Assembly (NCBI RefSeq): GCF_039654945.1
Contig: NW_027361688.1
Span: 1,612,001-1,676,000 of the forward strand
Direction of reading: 5' to 3'
From: Dendrobates tinctorius
Lineage: Eukaryota
DNA: 64,000 nucleotides
Under the pieces are notes generated by a model. It was not told where the DNA came from and made no database searches. It saw only the letters and a list, made by a program, of their open reading frames with translations. How positions within the stretch are numbered: the stretch's first letter is position 1; each line of letters opens with the position of its first letter. The position numbers and the translations under genes were made by a program. Of the stretch, positions 29,630 to 42,720 are shown piece by piece.

Positions 29630-30479
29630 ACCCACACCGTCCCCACAAGAGCTGACGCCGCTGATCTCTGGTGTGATTTGTATGTACTGATCTGCTATAT
29701 GGCTGAGATTCTATGTAACACTGGTGTGGATGGGTGATCTAGCTACACCAGGCAGTGAACATAATCCTGTGAGTGCTGTTGTGTGGGCACAGTGCCACTG
29801 ACGAGGTGCATGATGTGGAGTTGTGACCAGTGTTTTTTGTGATTGGTCTGATATCTTGTAATGGGAGATGCTGAGTAATAAAGTTGCTGTATATCTATAG
29901 TGAGTGTAGCACCAGGGAGGTCTGAAATATCTCACCTATTGTATTCTCAGTCTCACCCATCTTTGGGGGGGATCTACAATCGGGACTTTGATTAAGATTA
30001 TTTTACTTGTTTTTATGTACCCCTTTTCACACGTAAAGTGCCATGGAATAAAATGGCGCTATAATTACTTATCTAATATTGTGCTGTATATTGTCTGTTG
30101 TATACTGCCATACAGTGCTGTGAATGCATAGCGTGTACTCATAGGGCTGTATAATCCTTATAACAGTTCCGTATAAGTCAATACAGTGCTGTAAATCCCC
30201 AAACCGCATAATATACCACCACATAGTGCTGAGTGCACCACACAGAACAAAGAGCGGAAGAAGCCGCCATTGTCTGCAAATTTCATATTCAGCGGCAGCC
30301 AATCAGCACTCCGATATATGGCGGCACCAGATCTGTTCCCCAATGCTCAGCGTTAACTCATTACTTCCTGCGATGTTTTCAGCCACCACTAGAGCAGACA
30401 CTGGTCATCCCAGCACAGGGACAATGGGCAGCAGATGTGAAAAGCTTGGAGAAGAGGATTTGTGTTACAGCAGAAGCTA

Positions 30480-30617
30480 AAAACCTCTGAACCCGTAGAC
30501 AGCGTGACCCTGGCGCGTACGCAACGTCCATAGGGATGACAGTGCTGTGTAGAGGACGGCGTAATAGATGTTCTCCAGAAATACTGTCAGGATGCCGTGA
30601 GTCTCCTCCTAGATGAG
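30480..30617 (-). pseudogene. H4: Decayed histone H4 3'-half pseudogene
   Basis: Collinear with 4017-4179 (ccgtaga...ccctggcgc...acgtccat...gacggcgt...gttctccag...gtctcctc..tagatgag), with deletions. Confidence 0.8.
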
Positions 30618-30847
30618 ATAACATGTATGCTGCTGGAGAAAATAGCGCAATAGGGTCTTAGCCGAGATGTAAATGATAGTATTGTACTCACCGGATTGAG
30701 CCTCAAAAAAGGCTTGTAGAGATATCCGCTGCAGCAGATTCACCGGGTCCACTCGTGACCTACCGAAGATAAAATAATAAAATGGGTAGATTGTGGATTT
30801 AATCTGCGCTGCTGAAGGATTCGAGGTCCAAAACATGTAGCCATTCA

Positions 30848-30907
30848 ATTGTGGATTTATTCAACGCGTTTCAAAGTACACGACTTCTTCATCAGGAACA
30901 CCACAAT
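30848..30907 (-). ncRNA. Type I minimal hammerhead ribozyme motif (Penelope-like element associated)
   Basis: AUUGUGG-UGUUC CUGAUGA A GAAGU-cgugu-ACUUU GAAA CGCG UU^GAAUA-aau-CCACAAU: conserved core, stems I and II pair, palindromic stem III ACGCGU. Confidence 0.75.
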
Positions 30908-31718
30908 GTGATAGTAAGCAAGACTCTTCTCATTCCTGGGACAGCCGCATCCCCCGAGAAGAGAAGTGACATAATTACGTACAAAAATCCACAGGTCACA
31001 ACTCTCATCTGTTAGTAATGTTCGCCGCACACAATGGAGGAATCCGCTCTAATCAGCGTCGCACATCAAGAGACCGACAACATGGCGAGATGCAGACCCC
31101 AAATTTATAGTAAATCACTAACTTCATAACAGACGTGGACATAATGAGCAGGCGCAATCAAAATGTGTAAGCATTATTACTGGAAGGGATCTAGGATGTT
31201 AGACATTATTACTGGAAGTTTCCATAATGTGGGACATTACTACTGGAAGGAGCCCAGGATGAGGGATATTATTACTACAAGGGGCCAGGATGGAAGGAGA
31301 ACAAATGTCTTTATAGGATTTAGAACTCTACAAGGGCCCATACATCTGACCATAATGAAAGTGGGGGCCCACGTGCACATTTTGCATCGAGGTCCATTGG
31401 ACTTTACTTATGCCACTGGTGTTACATAGGTTGAAAAAAAAAAAAGACCTCGGTCCATCAATTTCAACCTTTCTCCACCAATTGTACATTTGTCACTAAT
31501 TTAGCTATAACCCGCAATGTTATGTGTACTGAGGAAATCATCCAGCCCTTGTATAAATGCTGTTACAGTGTCGGCGATTACTACCTTTTATGGTCGGAAT
31601 TCCACAGTCTGACTGCTCTAACTGTAAAGAACCCTTTCCTAGTCGCATTTCTTCTACCTGTAAAAAATGCTCCCCTGGTCCTTAGTATGGTCCTTGGAAG
31701 AAATAAGACATGTGCAAG

Positions 31719-33985
31719 TGTTAGGGCTGGCGGAACGCACCAAATTATAAAATAATAGTAGGTGCATTTGCTGCCCGGGGTCCACCGTGCAGAGGTGGTA
31801 CACTGCTGCTAAGTAATGGCGGAAGAATTAAGCGGTGTGAAACCAGTCACACATGGGTTACGTCACCCAATGTGAACAGGGGCGAACTCTGTTAATGCAC
31901 AGAGCCGCACAACCGCTGAACGTAAATGCCGGAGCCTGTTAAGCTCACATAGCCCGGCCAAAAGAGCGCACAGTGTACGGCCACAGAACTCTACCCCAAG
32001 GACACGGGGTTAGAGTCCTTCAAGGCCCACTGAACGCACGGCGTCGCTGCCGTGAGCGTCACTATAGACGCTGGCTATGGAGCACGTGCACTGAGGCGTG
32101 CCGAGTCCCTGGTGAGGACTGATGCCTGACTCAACCTCTGACCTACCTACGCCTAAGCCTGGGTGCTAGCAGGCTAGGCTGCTCAACACATGCGTACCAA
32201 GGGTAGGGGTTTCTTAATGAGTCATTCACCAGAGACATTCATACGTGCATACATCACTCACTCCACATAGTCTGTAAGTACAGTCTATCCTAGTGTGGCG
32301 CCCCTGAGGCTCAGTCGCCACAGAAGTACTGCACCTTCTCCTAAGGTGTAGTGCCTCACCACCTAGGTAAGTTGGGAACTCCTTTCCACACTCCAACACC
32401 TGCATCCCACACACAGGATAGTTCAGCACTGCGGCTCATGCTTAGAGGGTAGCAGAGCACCTTTCGTGGGTCCTTGCTTCGTAACACAAGATGTGCTGGG
32501 AGGTGGGTGGAGTTGAGATATATAAAAGGTTGGGAAGGTTTAGAATGACAGATCAGTCTGGGGTGCAGTCTGACAGAAGTTCAGTCTCAGATCGGATCAG
32601 TCTGAGAGAGGAGTAAGGACAGTCAGGAGAGTCTGAGGACGAGTCCGAGGAGAAGGAGTGCTGCAGCTGCCTCAGTGATCTGAGCCAGCTGGCATGGGAA
32701 AGGAACAGAAGGAGAAAGACGTAGAACTGCAACCTAAGCTTCCATAAGAGAGAGAAGGAACAGCGCGGAACGAAGGAGTAGGAGAACAGAGAGGAGTTGT
32801 GGGTTGGAAGAGGAACCCTGCCTATAGGTTCTCAGCGCAAGGCCGGGGCCCGGTCCCTGAGGTTGTATGGACACTTATGGCTCTGCAGCAGCGAGCAGTG
32901 GATGGGAGTAATGCATTTACAGCCACTACTCCAAGACTTGGGGCACAACAGCATCTGTATAGGGAGCCGGGACTCAGGATAAAGGGAGTCCCCGAAGTAG
33001 GCTACAGCTGTCTGCCGTACAAGGAAGAGTTGTTAGGAACATCTGACAGGAGGAACTTCAGAGTACCACGGTACTGGAGCTCTTCACACTAAGAGGTGCA
33101 ATAGAGGAGTCGTTGAGGAAAGGTACATGTTGGCGGAGTGTTGGAGAGGAGAACCCTGACTTGCCCGGGAGGTTGATTGAGTCTCTGCCCCGGAGGACAC
33201 AGCACGGAGGCAGGCACCAGTGTGTACCACAAACTGTGAGTAAAGCTTTGGAACTACAAGCCCTGGTGTCTTCCAGTCATTGTGCACCAACGCCATCAGC
33301 ACCACTACATCTGGGTATCATCCTTTACACTACCTGCGCCTATACACTGCCCTGGGGTTACAGCTTCACCTGTGGGGAGCTACACCATCAATGCTGCAAC
33401 ACACCATCAGCCCCAGAGGATCTGCACGCAGCGTTGGCTCAACATCTTGCTTGCCAAACACCACAGGTGGCGTCACGAACTATTGCATTCCATTAACTAC
33501 ATTCCCCCATTACTTGGGCGCCCAGTGCCTCGGACCGGGTCACCGCTGCTGTGACACATTCCAATGACACCAGCCCGGTACCGAGTACCCCACAGCCCTG
33601 GGACGGGGCGACCCACTAGCGCATGGCCGAGCGGCCATGCAAACCTTTTATAGCCGCAAGCGTCCGGGACCTTCCTGGCTTCTCGGATGGGCCAATCCGA
33701 GCAGGAGCAGGACCTGAGCATGTGACCTTCGATCTCCAATGGGAGATCACTCCATGGGCATGCTCAGTGGCCCGACATGGGGACTTAGCCCCTGGAAAAT
33801 CCCTCTGCTGAGCAGCATGTATTGCCATAGCTGTGCCAGAGGTGGCAGCAGCAAGCAAACCCACGGAGCGCCTGGACCGACGAGTTTGCTGAGCAACCTC
33901 CTGTGCGGCTGGAGAAGAATGGGAGACCGCTGGAAGTAAGGCTCGGGATTCTCGCTGTGCAGCGACAGAAATCTGACGCCTAACA
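31719..33985. mobile_element. Solo LTR A inserted in CR1
   Basis: TGTTAGG...CCTAACA ends; flanks GCAAG/GCAAT (5-bp TSD, one mismatch); CR1 resumes on either side. Confidence 0.7.
32294..33615 (+). mobile_element. Solo LTR B (Gypsy-like) nested in LTR A
   Basis: TGTGGCGCCCC...GGGGCGACCCA ends; perfect 4-bp TSD CTAG; TATATAAAA at about 32519. Confidence 0.75.
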
Positions 33986-34610
33986 GCAATTCCCGTGTAC
34001 TGACCACAATACATGTAACGGCGATCTCCTCTGAGGCGTCTTTTTTCTAAGCTAAACACGCCCAACATTTCCAACCTCTCCTCATATGAGAGATCTCCAT
34101 CCCTTGTATTAATCTAGTTGCCACCCTTGAACTTACTCTATCTTCTGAATATCCTTTTTAAAACGAGCACAAAACTGGATCCCATATTTTAGATGTGGCC
34201 TCACCAGTGATTTGTGATTCATAAAGGGGTAACAAGTTGGGATCACAGGATTTTCTCTCTTTTTATACACCGTAAAATCTTGTTTGCTTTTGCAGCTGCT
34301 GCTTGTCATTGAGTGCTGCTGCTCAGCTTCTTTGTATCCAGAATCCCCCATCCTCCTCCTGTTCTGTAGTCCTGAGTATACTCCTATATAATGTATATGC
34401 AGCAATAGGATTACTCCGTCCTCGGTGATTACTCTACATTTATCTACATTAAATCTCATTTGCCAAGTGTTTGCCCATCAGACATCTCATCCAGATCGTT
34501 TTGCAATATTGTAATGTCAAGGTCAGATTTTAGTATCCTGCATAGTTTGGTGTCAAAGACTGACACTTTACTCTAAATCCCATCCACAAGGTCATTAATA
34601 AAAAGGTTAA

Positions 34611-34882
34611 GGGTGTGTGCACACGTTGCAGATTCTGCTGCGTTGTACAGTACCTTTATAGTCAATGGAAATTGAAAAAACGCAGTGCACATGCTGCGGA
34701 TTAAAATCCACCGCATGTCAATTCTTTGTGCGGAATCCTCAGCGGTTTGACATCTGTTCCATCACCAGGTGTCAAAACGCAGGGGAAAATCGCAGGCTAA
34801 TCCGCAGGTCATTTGACCTGCAGATTTAACCAAATCTGCGTGGAAAAATCCGCAGCACAATCCGCAACGTGTGCACATACCC
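34611..34882. mobile_element. Harbinger-type MITE
   Basis: GGGTGTGTGCACACGTTGC / GCAACGTGTGCACATACCC; TAA TSD. Confidence 0.85.
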
Positions 34883-35962
34883 TAAGAAGAATTGGCCATA
34901 GCAGAGATCCCTGCGATGCCCACTGCTCCCATTATAGATCCCTACGGTCCCTCCTGCTACCAGTACAGATCCCTGCGGAACCCTGTACCATTTACAACAA
35001 CTCTTTGTTTCCTGTCATTTAGCCAATTCCTTACCCATCTGCATATAGTTTTGTCAAGGATTTTCTATGTTCCAATTAGAAATCGTCCAGACCTGAATAA
35101 GTAAGATGCTTCTTTATTGGACATGCCGGCATGGAGAGAGAATGACAGCCACACCAGGTGTGGGCCGTCCTCTGTCTAACTCAATACATATTCTTAAGAG
35201 TTTAAATAGCAAAGCCGAAAGGGTGTTGTAACATATTGCGTTTACAGAAATGGCACATACAATTTGCTTAGCTGTTAGCTATTCTTATCTGCGCTACCAG
35301 AGAAGTCACGCAAGACAAGGAAAGCCAGCTAACGTTCACAAAAACTAACGCCCAAAGATAACACCCATATATTCACAATACCAAAGCTAAAAAGAGTTTC
35401 AAAGTCTAGGCAAAATAAATGGCTTATTCAATCATGTGTGTATATTGTATATATATATATATATACTCACACACATACACATATGTATATAGATATACAT
35501 ATATATACACGCACATAAAAGAAAGGACTTTATTACAATTATTATAACGTTTCCCCAGCCCTTGTTTCAGTAGCTTCAGTATAAGGCTGTTATGTGGTAC
35601 TGTATCAAGTGCCTTTGCAAAGTCTAGATAAATAACATCAGCCACATCACCAATATCCGGACTTGCAATTACCTCCTTATAGAAACCCATCTTGTTAGTT
35701 AGACACAACTTATCTTTTATGAATCCATGCTGGTTCTCATTTATTCTCTGCAATATATCTCTGCGGTCATCTCCTATAATGCCCTCATATATGTCACACT
35801 ACTGATGTCAGGCTTACCGGACAGTAGTTACCTGGATCCATCTTCTTACCTTTCTTAAGTATCTGTACCACGTGAGCCATCCTCCAATCCTGGGGCACAG
35901 ACCTTGTTACTACAGAGTCTAAGAATATGAGATACAGTGTTGGCCCAGTCACCTCCCAGTAA

Positions 35963-36127
35963 GGCCGGGGGGTCAGACTCCGGAGAAACTCGGACGAGTC
36001 TCGCATGTGGCTCTCTGATCGGAGCGTTCAGCTGTATAGAAATACATGCAGCCGCACACTCCGGCCCCGAGTGCCGGGTATTGACGTGCGAGGCTCGTCC
36101 GAGTATCTCGCAAGTTTGACCCCGGCC
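35963..36127. mobile_element. Short Harbinger-type MITE
   Basis: TAA-GGCCGGGG...CCCCGGCC-TAA. Confidence 0.7.
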
Positions 36128-36130
36128 TAA

Positions 36131-37596
36131 GGCTACTTTCACATGTCCGTCGGTGGCATTCCGGCGCCGTGCGGCAAACAATGGAGTGCCGGATCCAGCT
36201 GTGAACGGAGGGACCGGAAGTATATGCGGCACATCTTACGGCGCCTGACACGGCTATGTTGCAAAGGAGTCGCCGGGGAAGAAAAGGATCCACGAGCCGG
36301 TGAACGGGGTATGAAAAAGAGAGCGAGAGACCGGGGTATGAAAGAGAGAGAGAGAACGGGGTATGAAAAAGAGAGAGAGAGACCGGGGTATGAAAGAGAG
36401 AGAGAGACCGGGGTATGAAAGCGAGAGAGGGGTATGAAAGAGAGAGAGAACGGGGTATGAAAGAGAGAGAGAGAACGGGGTATGAAAGAGAGAGAGAGAA
36501 CGGGGTATGAAAGAGAGAGAATGGGGTATGAAAGAGAGAGAGAGACCGGGGTATGAAAGAGAGAGAGAGAGACCGGGGTATGAAAGAGAGAGAGAGACCG
36601 GGGTATGAAAGAGAGAGAGAACGGGGTATGAAAGAGAGAGAGACCGGAGTATGAAAGAGAGAGAGACCGGAGTATGAAAGAGAGAGAGACCGGGGTATTA
36701 AAGAGAGAGAGAGACCGGGGTATGAGAGAGAGAACGGGGTATGAAAGAGAGCGAGAGAGACCGGGGTATGAAAGAGAGAGAGAACGGGGTATGAAAGAGA
36801 GAGACCGGGGTATTAAAGAGAGAGACCGGGGTATGAAAGAGAGAGAACGGGGTATGAAAGAGAGCGAGAGAGACCGGGGTATGAAAGAGAGAACGGGGTA
36901 TGAAAGAGAGAGAGAGAACGGGGTATGAAAGAGAGAGAGAGAACGGGGTATGAAAGAGAGAGAGAGAACGGAGTATGAAAGAGAGAGACCGGGGTATGAA
37001 AGAGAGAGACCGGGGTATGAGAGAGAGAGAACGGGGTATGAAAGAGAGCGAGAGAGACCGGGGTATTAAAGAGAGAGAGACCGGGGTATTAAAGAGAGAG
37101 AGACCGGGGTATGAGAGAGAGAATGGGGTATGAAAGAGAGAACGGGGTATGAAAGAGAGAGAGAGAACGGGGTATGAAAGAGAGACCGGGGTATGAAAGA
37201 GAGAGAGACCGGGGTATGAAAGAGAGAGAGGCATGCGCACAGGGTAAAACCGTGCATGCGGTGGCCGGATCAGGTAGAAGCCTGATCCGGCGGCCGGAAT
37301 GTGCCATTGAGAAACATTGTCCCGCAGAGCCGGAAGGACCGCATACGTCCATGTCTGGCTTTTTTCGCCGGACAAAAAAACGCTGCAGCACCCGTCCTGT
37401 CCGGGCGCCGGACAGAGGAATTCAGCCGGATGCGGTAAAAACCGGAACAAACGGAAGAACATGCGGCGCGATCCGGCGCATGTGCTTCTCAATGACAAAA
37501 AAAACGCATCCGGCGGTAAAAAAAAACGGATCCGTTTTTTTTTACACACATGCCGGATTGTGCCTGACGGCAAAAAACGGATGTGTGAAAGAGGCC
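36131..37596. mobile_element. Harbinger-type MITE with an internal compound satellite
   Basis: GGCTACTTTCACA / TGTGAAAGAGGCC; TWA flanks. Confidence 0.7.
36305..37230. repeat. Compound mini/microsatellite CGGGGTATGAAA(GA)n
   Basis: About 40 units of about 20-26 bp with a variable GA tract. Confidence 0.95.
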
Positions 37597-39898
37597 TTAT
37601 GCAGACAGCGAGTATAAAAAAAAAAGGTGGGTTTAGCATCCAGTAATGATCAAGTTGCTTTCTTATGGCATCATAAATACAAAACTGCAGCTCTGTGTCC
37701 TCCATCCCTAATATCGGTCTGGGTCTTTGTCAGTTTTGATCATTATTGAATGCCTCATTCTGCTGGATAATCACTTTGCTTTACCCTATTATGGTTGGCA
37801 CATTATAGCGCTTTGTTCTGCCATAGTATTTTTTTTTTTTTTTATAGGTTGGAGGTTTATATACAGGTTGATGGACAGCGGTAATCGAGCAGGTATTGGC
37901 TTTAGTTTATATTGCAAAAACCAGGCGACAGGTTCCCTTTAAAGTCTTTCATGCCCTTTAAAAAGCAGCCAGAAATAAACTCAAAAGCCCAGATTTATGA
38001 AAGTTCTGAAGAAATGGGCAGGATGTGGTTAAACCCTCCCATCCAATTTATGAATTTTTTTTTTTGCAAAAGTGACGTAAATTACCCAAGTAACCCTTGG
38101 GCCATGTTCACACCTTACGTTCTTGCAGTATATTTTCTCTGGATTTTTTTTTTTAATGCAAATTAACAGCCTCTTTTTACAGTTCCACCAAAAGCTTGGA
38201 GATTTCAGAAATCTCATGCACACAATGGTTTTATTTTCCTAACTGAAAACTGCAGCATGTCAGTTCTTAGATTTTTTTTTTTTTTTTTTACTATAGAAAG
38301 CAATAAGGAAATGGGAAAAATGCTGCAAAAAAATACAATCACGTTGCGTTATTGCTTAAGAAAACTAACTTTATTAAACATGTACTGCAGAAAAATTTCA
38401 TATAATCTGCACCAAAAGAACAAACCCTGCTTTTTTTTTGATCAGTTTCTTTACCGCCAAGGTTTTTCCTGCAGAAAAAAAAAGCAGCATGTGAACACAG
38501 CCTTAACCCCTACAGTAATAGACACATTTTTGGACCTTTGATGTGATTCTTGTACACATTGATACATTATAACAAACTCACACAGGTCAGAAGAGAGATT
38601 TGAGCCCCTGCTTTATTCTTACCTGTACTGATACATTGTGACAAACTCTCAGAAAAGGTCAGTTTTTCATCTGCTTGTGTGTTTTTGAACCTGCACTGAT
38701 ACATTGTAACAAACCATGAGGACAGGAGAAAGATTCGGAGGCCTGATTTGTATGTTACATCCCCCTGATATACCGGCCTTTAGCTCGGCGTCTCTATCCC
38801 GCACACCTGCCTGTTATTAGGGTTCCTGCACAGGTAATCTGTGGGGCGGAGAGGACGCCATCCTGACTTTTGGCTGCTGGATTCTCCTTTGATTCCAGTC
38901 CAGGTTTTCCCTGTTAGAAGCCTTTGTTACCTATAAATCACAGCTCTGCCAACACCTCCTGAAGAAGCGGCTGTGTGCGGCGGTACGGGCTGGGTTTGGT
39001 TTTAGTTTGTTGGTAAGTTTGCGCCTTTATTTTCTTTTATTATGTTTAGTTTTTCTTTATTCTGTTTCTCAGCCAGTCAGTATGTGGGTTTCTCTCTTGA
39101 CCAATATTGCTGTTGTTGCTGCACACTTAGCAGTTGAATTCCTTTTTCTTTTCATCCCTTTCAGGCTCTAAAATATACTTATTACTCACACATTTTTCAA
39201 ATGTGAATTTTATTGCTGTTGTTTGTTCATTTTAGTGTTCCAAGTACTCCTCTGTGCTGCTTATTTTTGGTTTTAAGGCCTTGGTCTATTTTTTGCTCAT
39301 TATCTTGGGATGAAATATTTTCACATTACAATAATTAACACCAAAGGTGCACATCTGTTTCCTATTATAACTTGTTTTCCTTCATATACCGGTGCTTTCA
39401 CACTGTGTTGAGCATCTCCATTGGGGCATACGTCTTAAAACCCGCAGCAAAACTGGCTCCGGGCGTATGCGCTGACAGTGCCAATTGACAGCAATGGTGA
39501 TGTGTTGCAGGCATGAGGAAGCTGGCTCCCTGCAAGCCCCCGCCGCCATATTGGATCTGGGGACCTGCAGGGAAGGAGGTAAGGGAAGCATGGAGGGAGC
39601 CCCCTCCCTGCATGCTTCTCTCCTATGCTGCCGGTACACTGCGATCATGTTTGATCGCAGTGTGACAGGGGTTAATGTGTCGGGGGTGGTCTGTGACCAC
39701 CCCTGATACATAGTGCCGGGTGTCAGCTGTGATAATCAGCTGACACATGGCTGCGCTCCCCTGTGAGCATCGCTGACCGTGCTAGACGTACTATTCCGTC
39801 CTTGGGACTTAGGTCCCAGGTCACATGGACGGAATAGTAAGTCTAATGTAGGAAAGGGGTTAAATAGCCCACCAAATTCAGGTGACAGATTCCCTTTA

Positions 39899-40402
39899 GG
39901 CTATGTGCCCACGTTGCGTTTAAATTCGGACACTGAAAACCGGACTCCTTCCCAGAAATCGCGCGTTTTTTTTTTTTTGTTTTGTCGCGATTCTGTTCGC
40001 GATTTTGCCGCGATATTCAAGCGATTTGAAGCATCGCTTGGAAAGTGATTGACAGGTTGGTCACACTCGTCAAACATACGACTCGTAGTGTTTGACAAGT
40101 GTGACCAGCTTTTTACTATTGAGGCTGCCTATGCGGCCTCAATAGTAAAAGATAGAATGATAAAAAAAATAAAAAATGGGGGTTTATTTACCTTCCGACG
40201 TCCCACGCAGTCTCAGCGACGCTCCCGTTCCCAGCGATGCCTTGCGAGACCTGTGATGACGTTGGTCTCGCGTTGCTATAGCGATCTCACGAGACCGCTA
40301 GAGTCACACGTGACTACGTCATCACAGGACCTTGCCGCAAGGCATTACTGGGAACGCTTAGGCTCGTGAAGGCAGCGCGGGACGCCGGAAGGTAAATATA
40401 CC

Positions 40403-40441
<39 letters not shown>

Positions 40442-40601
40442 CTTTTTCCGCGATTCCGCCGTGGAAAAAAGCGCAGCATTAGCACAGTATGTGCAGAATG
40501 CCATAGGAATGCATGGGGTGCGTTCTGTACTAGACTTTTAAATGTTTTCGCGTCGACAATAGTGGTAAAACGCTTAAAAATCGCATCGTGGGCACACAGC
40601 C
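39899..40601. mobile_element. Harbinger-type MITE
   Basis: GGCTATGTGCCCACG / CGTGGGCACACAGCC; TTA TSD; related to 57808-58665. Confidence 0.85.
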
Positions 40602-40708
40602 TTAAGCTGAGAGGAGTGCTCAATGAACCAGTCACCTCTGCATTTGCAGACCTGACTGGCCCAACGTTCTTGTTCGTAAAGTCTTACACTGTTACGAGCT
40701 GCCTACGA

Positions 40709-41302
40709 CCGTATCTTTCAGACTATAAGACGCACCCCAAATTTTCAGAAGGAAAGGGGGGGGGGGGGGAAATGTGTCAAATGGGGGGTCCGTCTTGCAG
40801 TCCAAATTCAGCGTACCAGGGAAGGGATCCGGCACAGGTGGAGTGGTCACAGGGATCATTCATTGGTCCAGGCTGGTGCGGTGGTGGCGGCTCTGTGCTG
40901 GGGCAGATGGGGTCTGTCGTGTGGTGGTGGTGGCGGCGGGCTGTGCTCCGGTGCAGGAGAGGTGGCTTCGCTGGCATTTCCTCAAAGCATGCGCCGTTCC
41001 TGGTGTCCATGTTCCCGGAGGCCACCGCAACATGGCAGCAGCCAGCAACGGATGTGTGGGGGCCTCTGGGCTTTAAGGAAATGCTGGCAGAGCCCCCCAC
41101 GGAGACCAGAGAGCCCCTGCCCCTGCACCGGAGCACAGCCTGCCACCACACCACAGAGCTCCGCGGCACCCGCACCAGCCATGGTTGCAAGTGAGTATAT
41201 TGCGACCATAAGACGCACACCCCCCCCCCCCCCCCCCAAAAAAAAAAAAATCAAAAATTTGGGGGGGGGGGGGAAGTGCATCTTATGGTCTGACAAATAC
41301 GG
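40709..41302. mobile_element. pogo/Tc2-like MITE
   Basis: CCGTATCTTTCAGACTATAAGACGCAC / GTGCATCTTATGGTCTGACAAATACGG-TA. Confidence 0.7.
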
Positions 41303-42720
41303 TATATACATTCACCATACACTAGTCCTGTCCGTAAACTTAACCAGACTTACAAATGCTGCAATAAGTAAATATTCTTTACATGAGGAACTGTATGGCT
41401 AAAAAAAGCCAATGTCCACTAGCGCATGGGCTATTGTATTGTCCATGTGCGGTATGTCGAACACGTGGACAAAAAAATAAGCTCATGTGAACATAGCCTT
41501 AGACCTCACTTGGGCATCTTTGTCACATACTTTTTCTCTGTTTTTCAGACATAACGTGCCTAGTATGTCTGGTTTTTAATCGATTTAATGTGAAAATTAC
41601 TGATGTTAAAAAATACACTGTAATCTGTTTGGCTGCCCAAGATCAATGGTTTTTTTTTAAACATACGAGTATGTGCAGACAATCAGTAAACGCTGCGGGT
41701 TGGACACTGCGTACTTTTGCCTATCAGCTGCTGGCACCGACATTAGGGGCTTATCTACAGCATTCTGTAATGCTGTAGATAAGTTCCCCCCCCCACCCCG
41801 ATGTAACCTGAAAGATAAGAAAAATGAGTTAGATTATACTCATGGGGGGGGTCCGATGGGTGTTGCGGTCCAGCGCCTCCCATCTTCTAACGGTGACGAC
41901 CTCTTCTTTGCCACCTGTCATGGCTCCTGCGCAGGCGCACTGCTCTGCCCTGTTGAGGGCAGAGCAGGAATACTGCAGTGCGTAGTCGCTGGACCTCTCC
42001 CTGCGCACTGCAGGACTCTGCTCTGCCCTGCGCAGGAGCCGCGATGGGAAGGAAAGAAGAGGAAGTCACCGTTAGAAGATGGAAGGGACCGGACCAAAAC
42101 TGGACCGTCACTGGGTGAGTATAATCTAAAGGGGGTTTTACACATAGTGATATCGCTAAAGCATCACCGCCTTGGTGACGCAGCAGCAATATTGCTAGCG
42201 ATATCGCTATGTGTGATACTTGCCTCCGACCGGCTCCCCCGCTGTCCATCGCTGGACGCGCAGCTCCATTTCTCGTCAGGTGCTTCCTGCTGGCAGCGAT
42301 GGGAGGATCTCAGGATCGCTGCGTCTGAAAGGTAAGTAATAACCGCTGCTGCGTCGCTGCTGCATCGCTGTGAGATCTGCCTGTTTGGCAGCTCACTAGC
42401 GACCATCTAGCAATGCACCAGCGATCCTGACCGGGTCGTATCATTGTCGGGATCACTGGTGCATCGCTAAATGTAAAGGGGCCTCAACTCACTTTTCTTA
42501 TCTTTCAGGTTATATTGGGGGCTTATCTGAGAATGCTGTAGATAAGCCCCTGATGTTGGTGCTGATAGGCAAAAAATAGGGTGACAGATTCCCTTTAATA
42601 GATTCTAGCTGCATTTCTTGGAGGCTTATAGCAAACCTCCCCTTGTATAATAAGCTGATATTGCACCCACTGTTGTCTGACAAACTTTGCTTTAATTTCT
42701 TCTTCTTTTTGCTCTCAGTC

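Larger units (their letters stand above)
31426..35940 (-). mobile_element. Fragmented CR1-type LINE(s) carrying nested insertions
   Basis: Minus-strand pieces FSLEKRRLRGD, SLVRPHLKYGIQF, MRFNVDKCRV, NQHGFIKDKLCLT...IYLDFAKALDTVPH, VPQDWR...DPGNYCPVSLTSVV. Confidence 0.85.

Noticed and set aside
36698-37705. 335-aa ORF
   Set aside because: Antisense translation of the (GA)n compound satellite inside a MITE.
38949-39000. Possible third hammerhead (CTGAAGA...)
   Set aside because: No GAAA core and weak stems; too degenerate to call.
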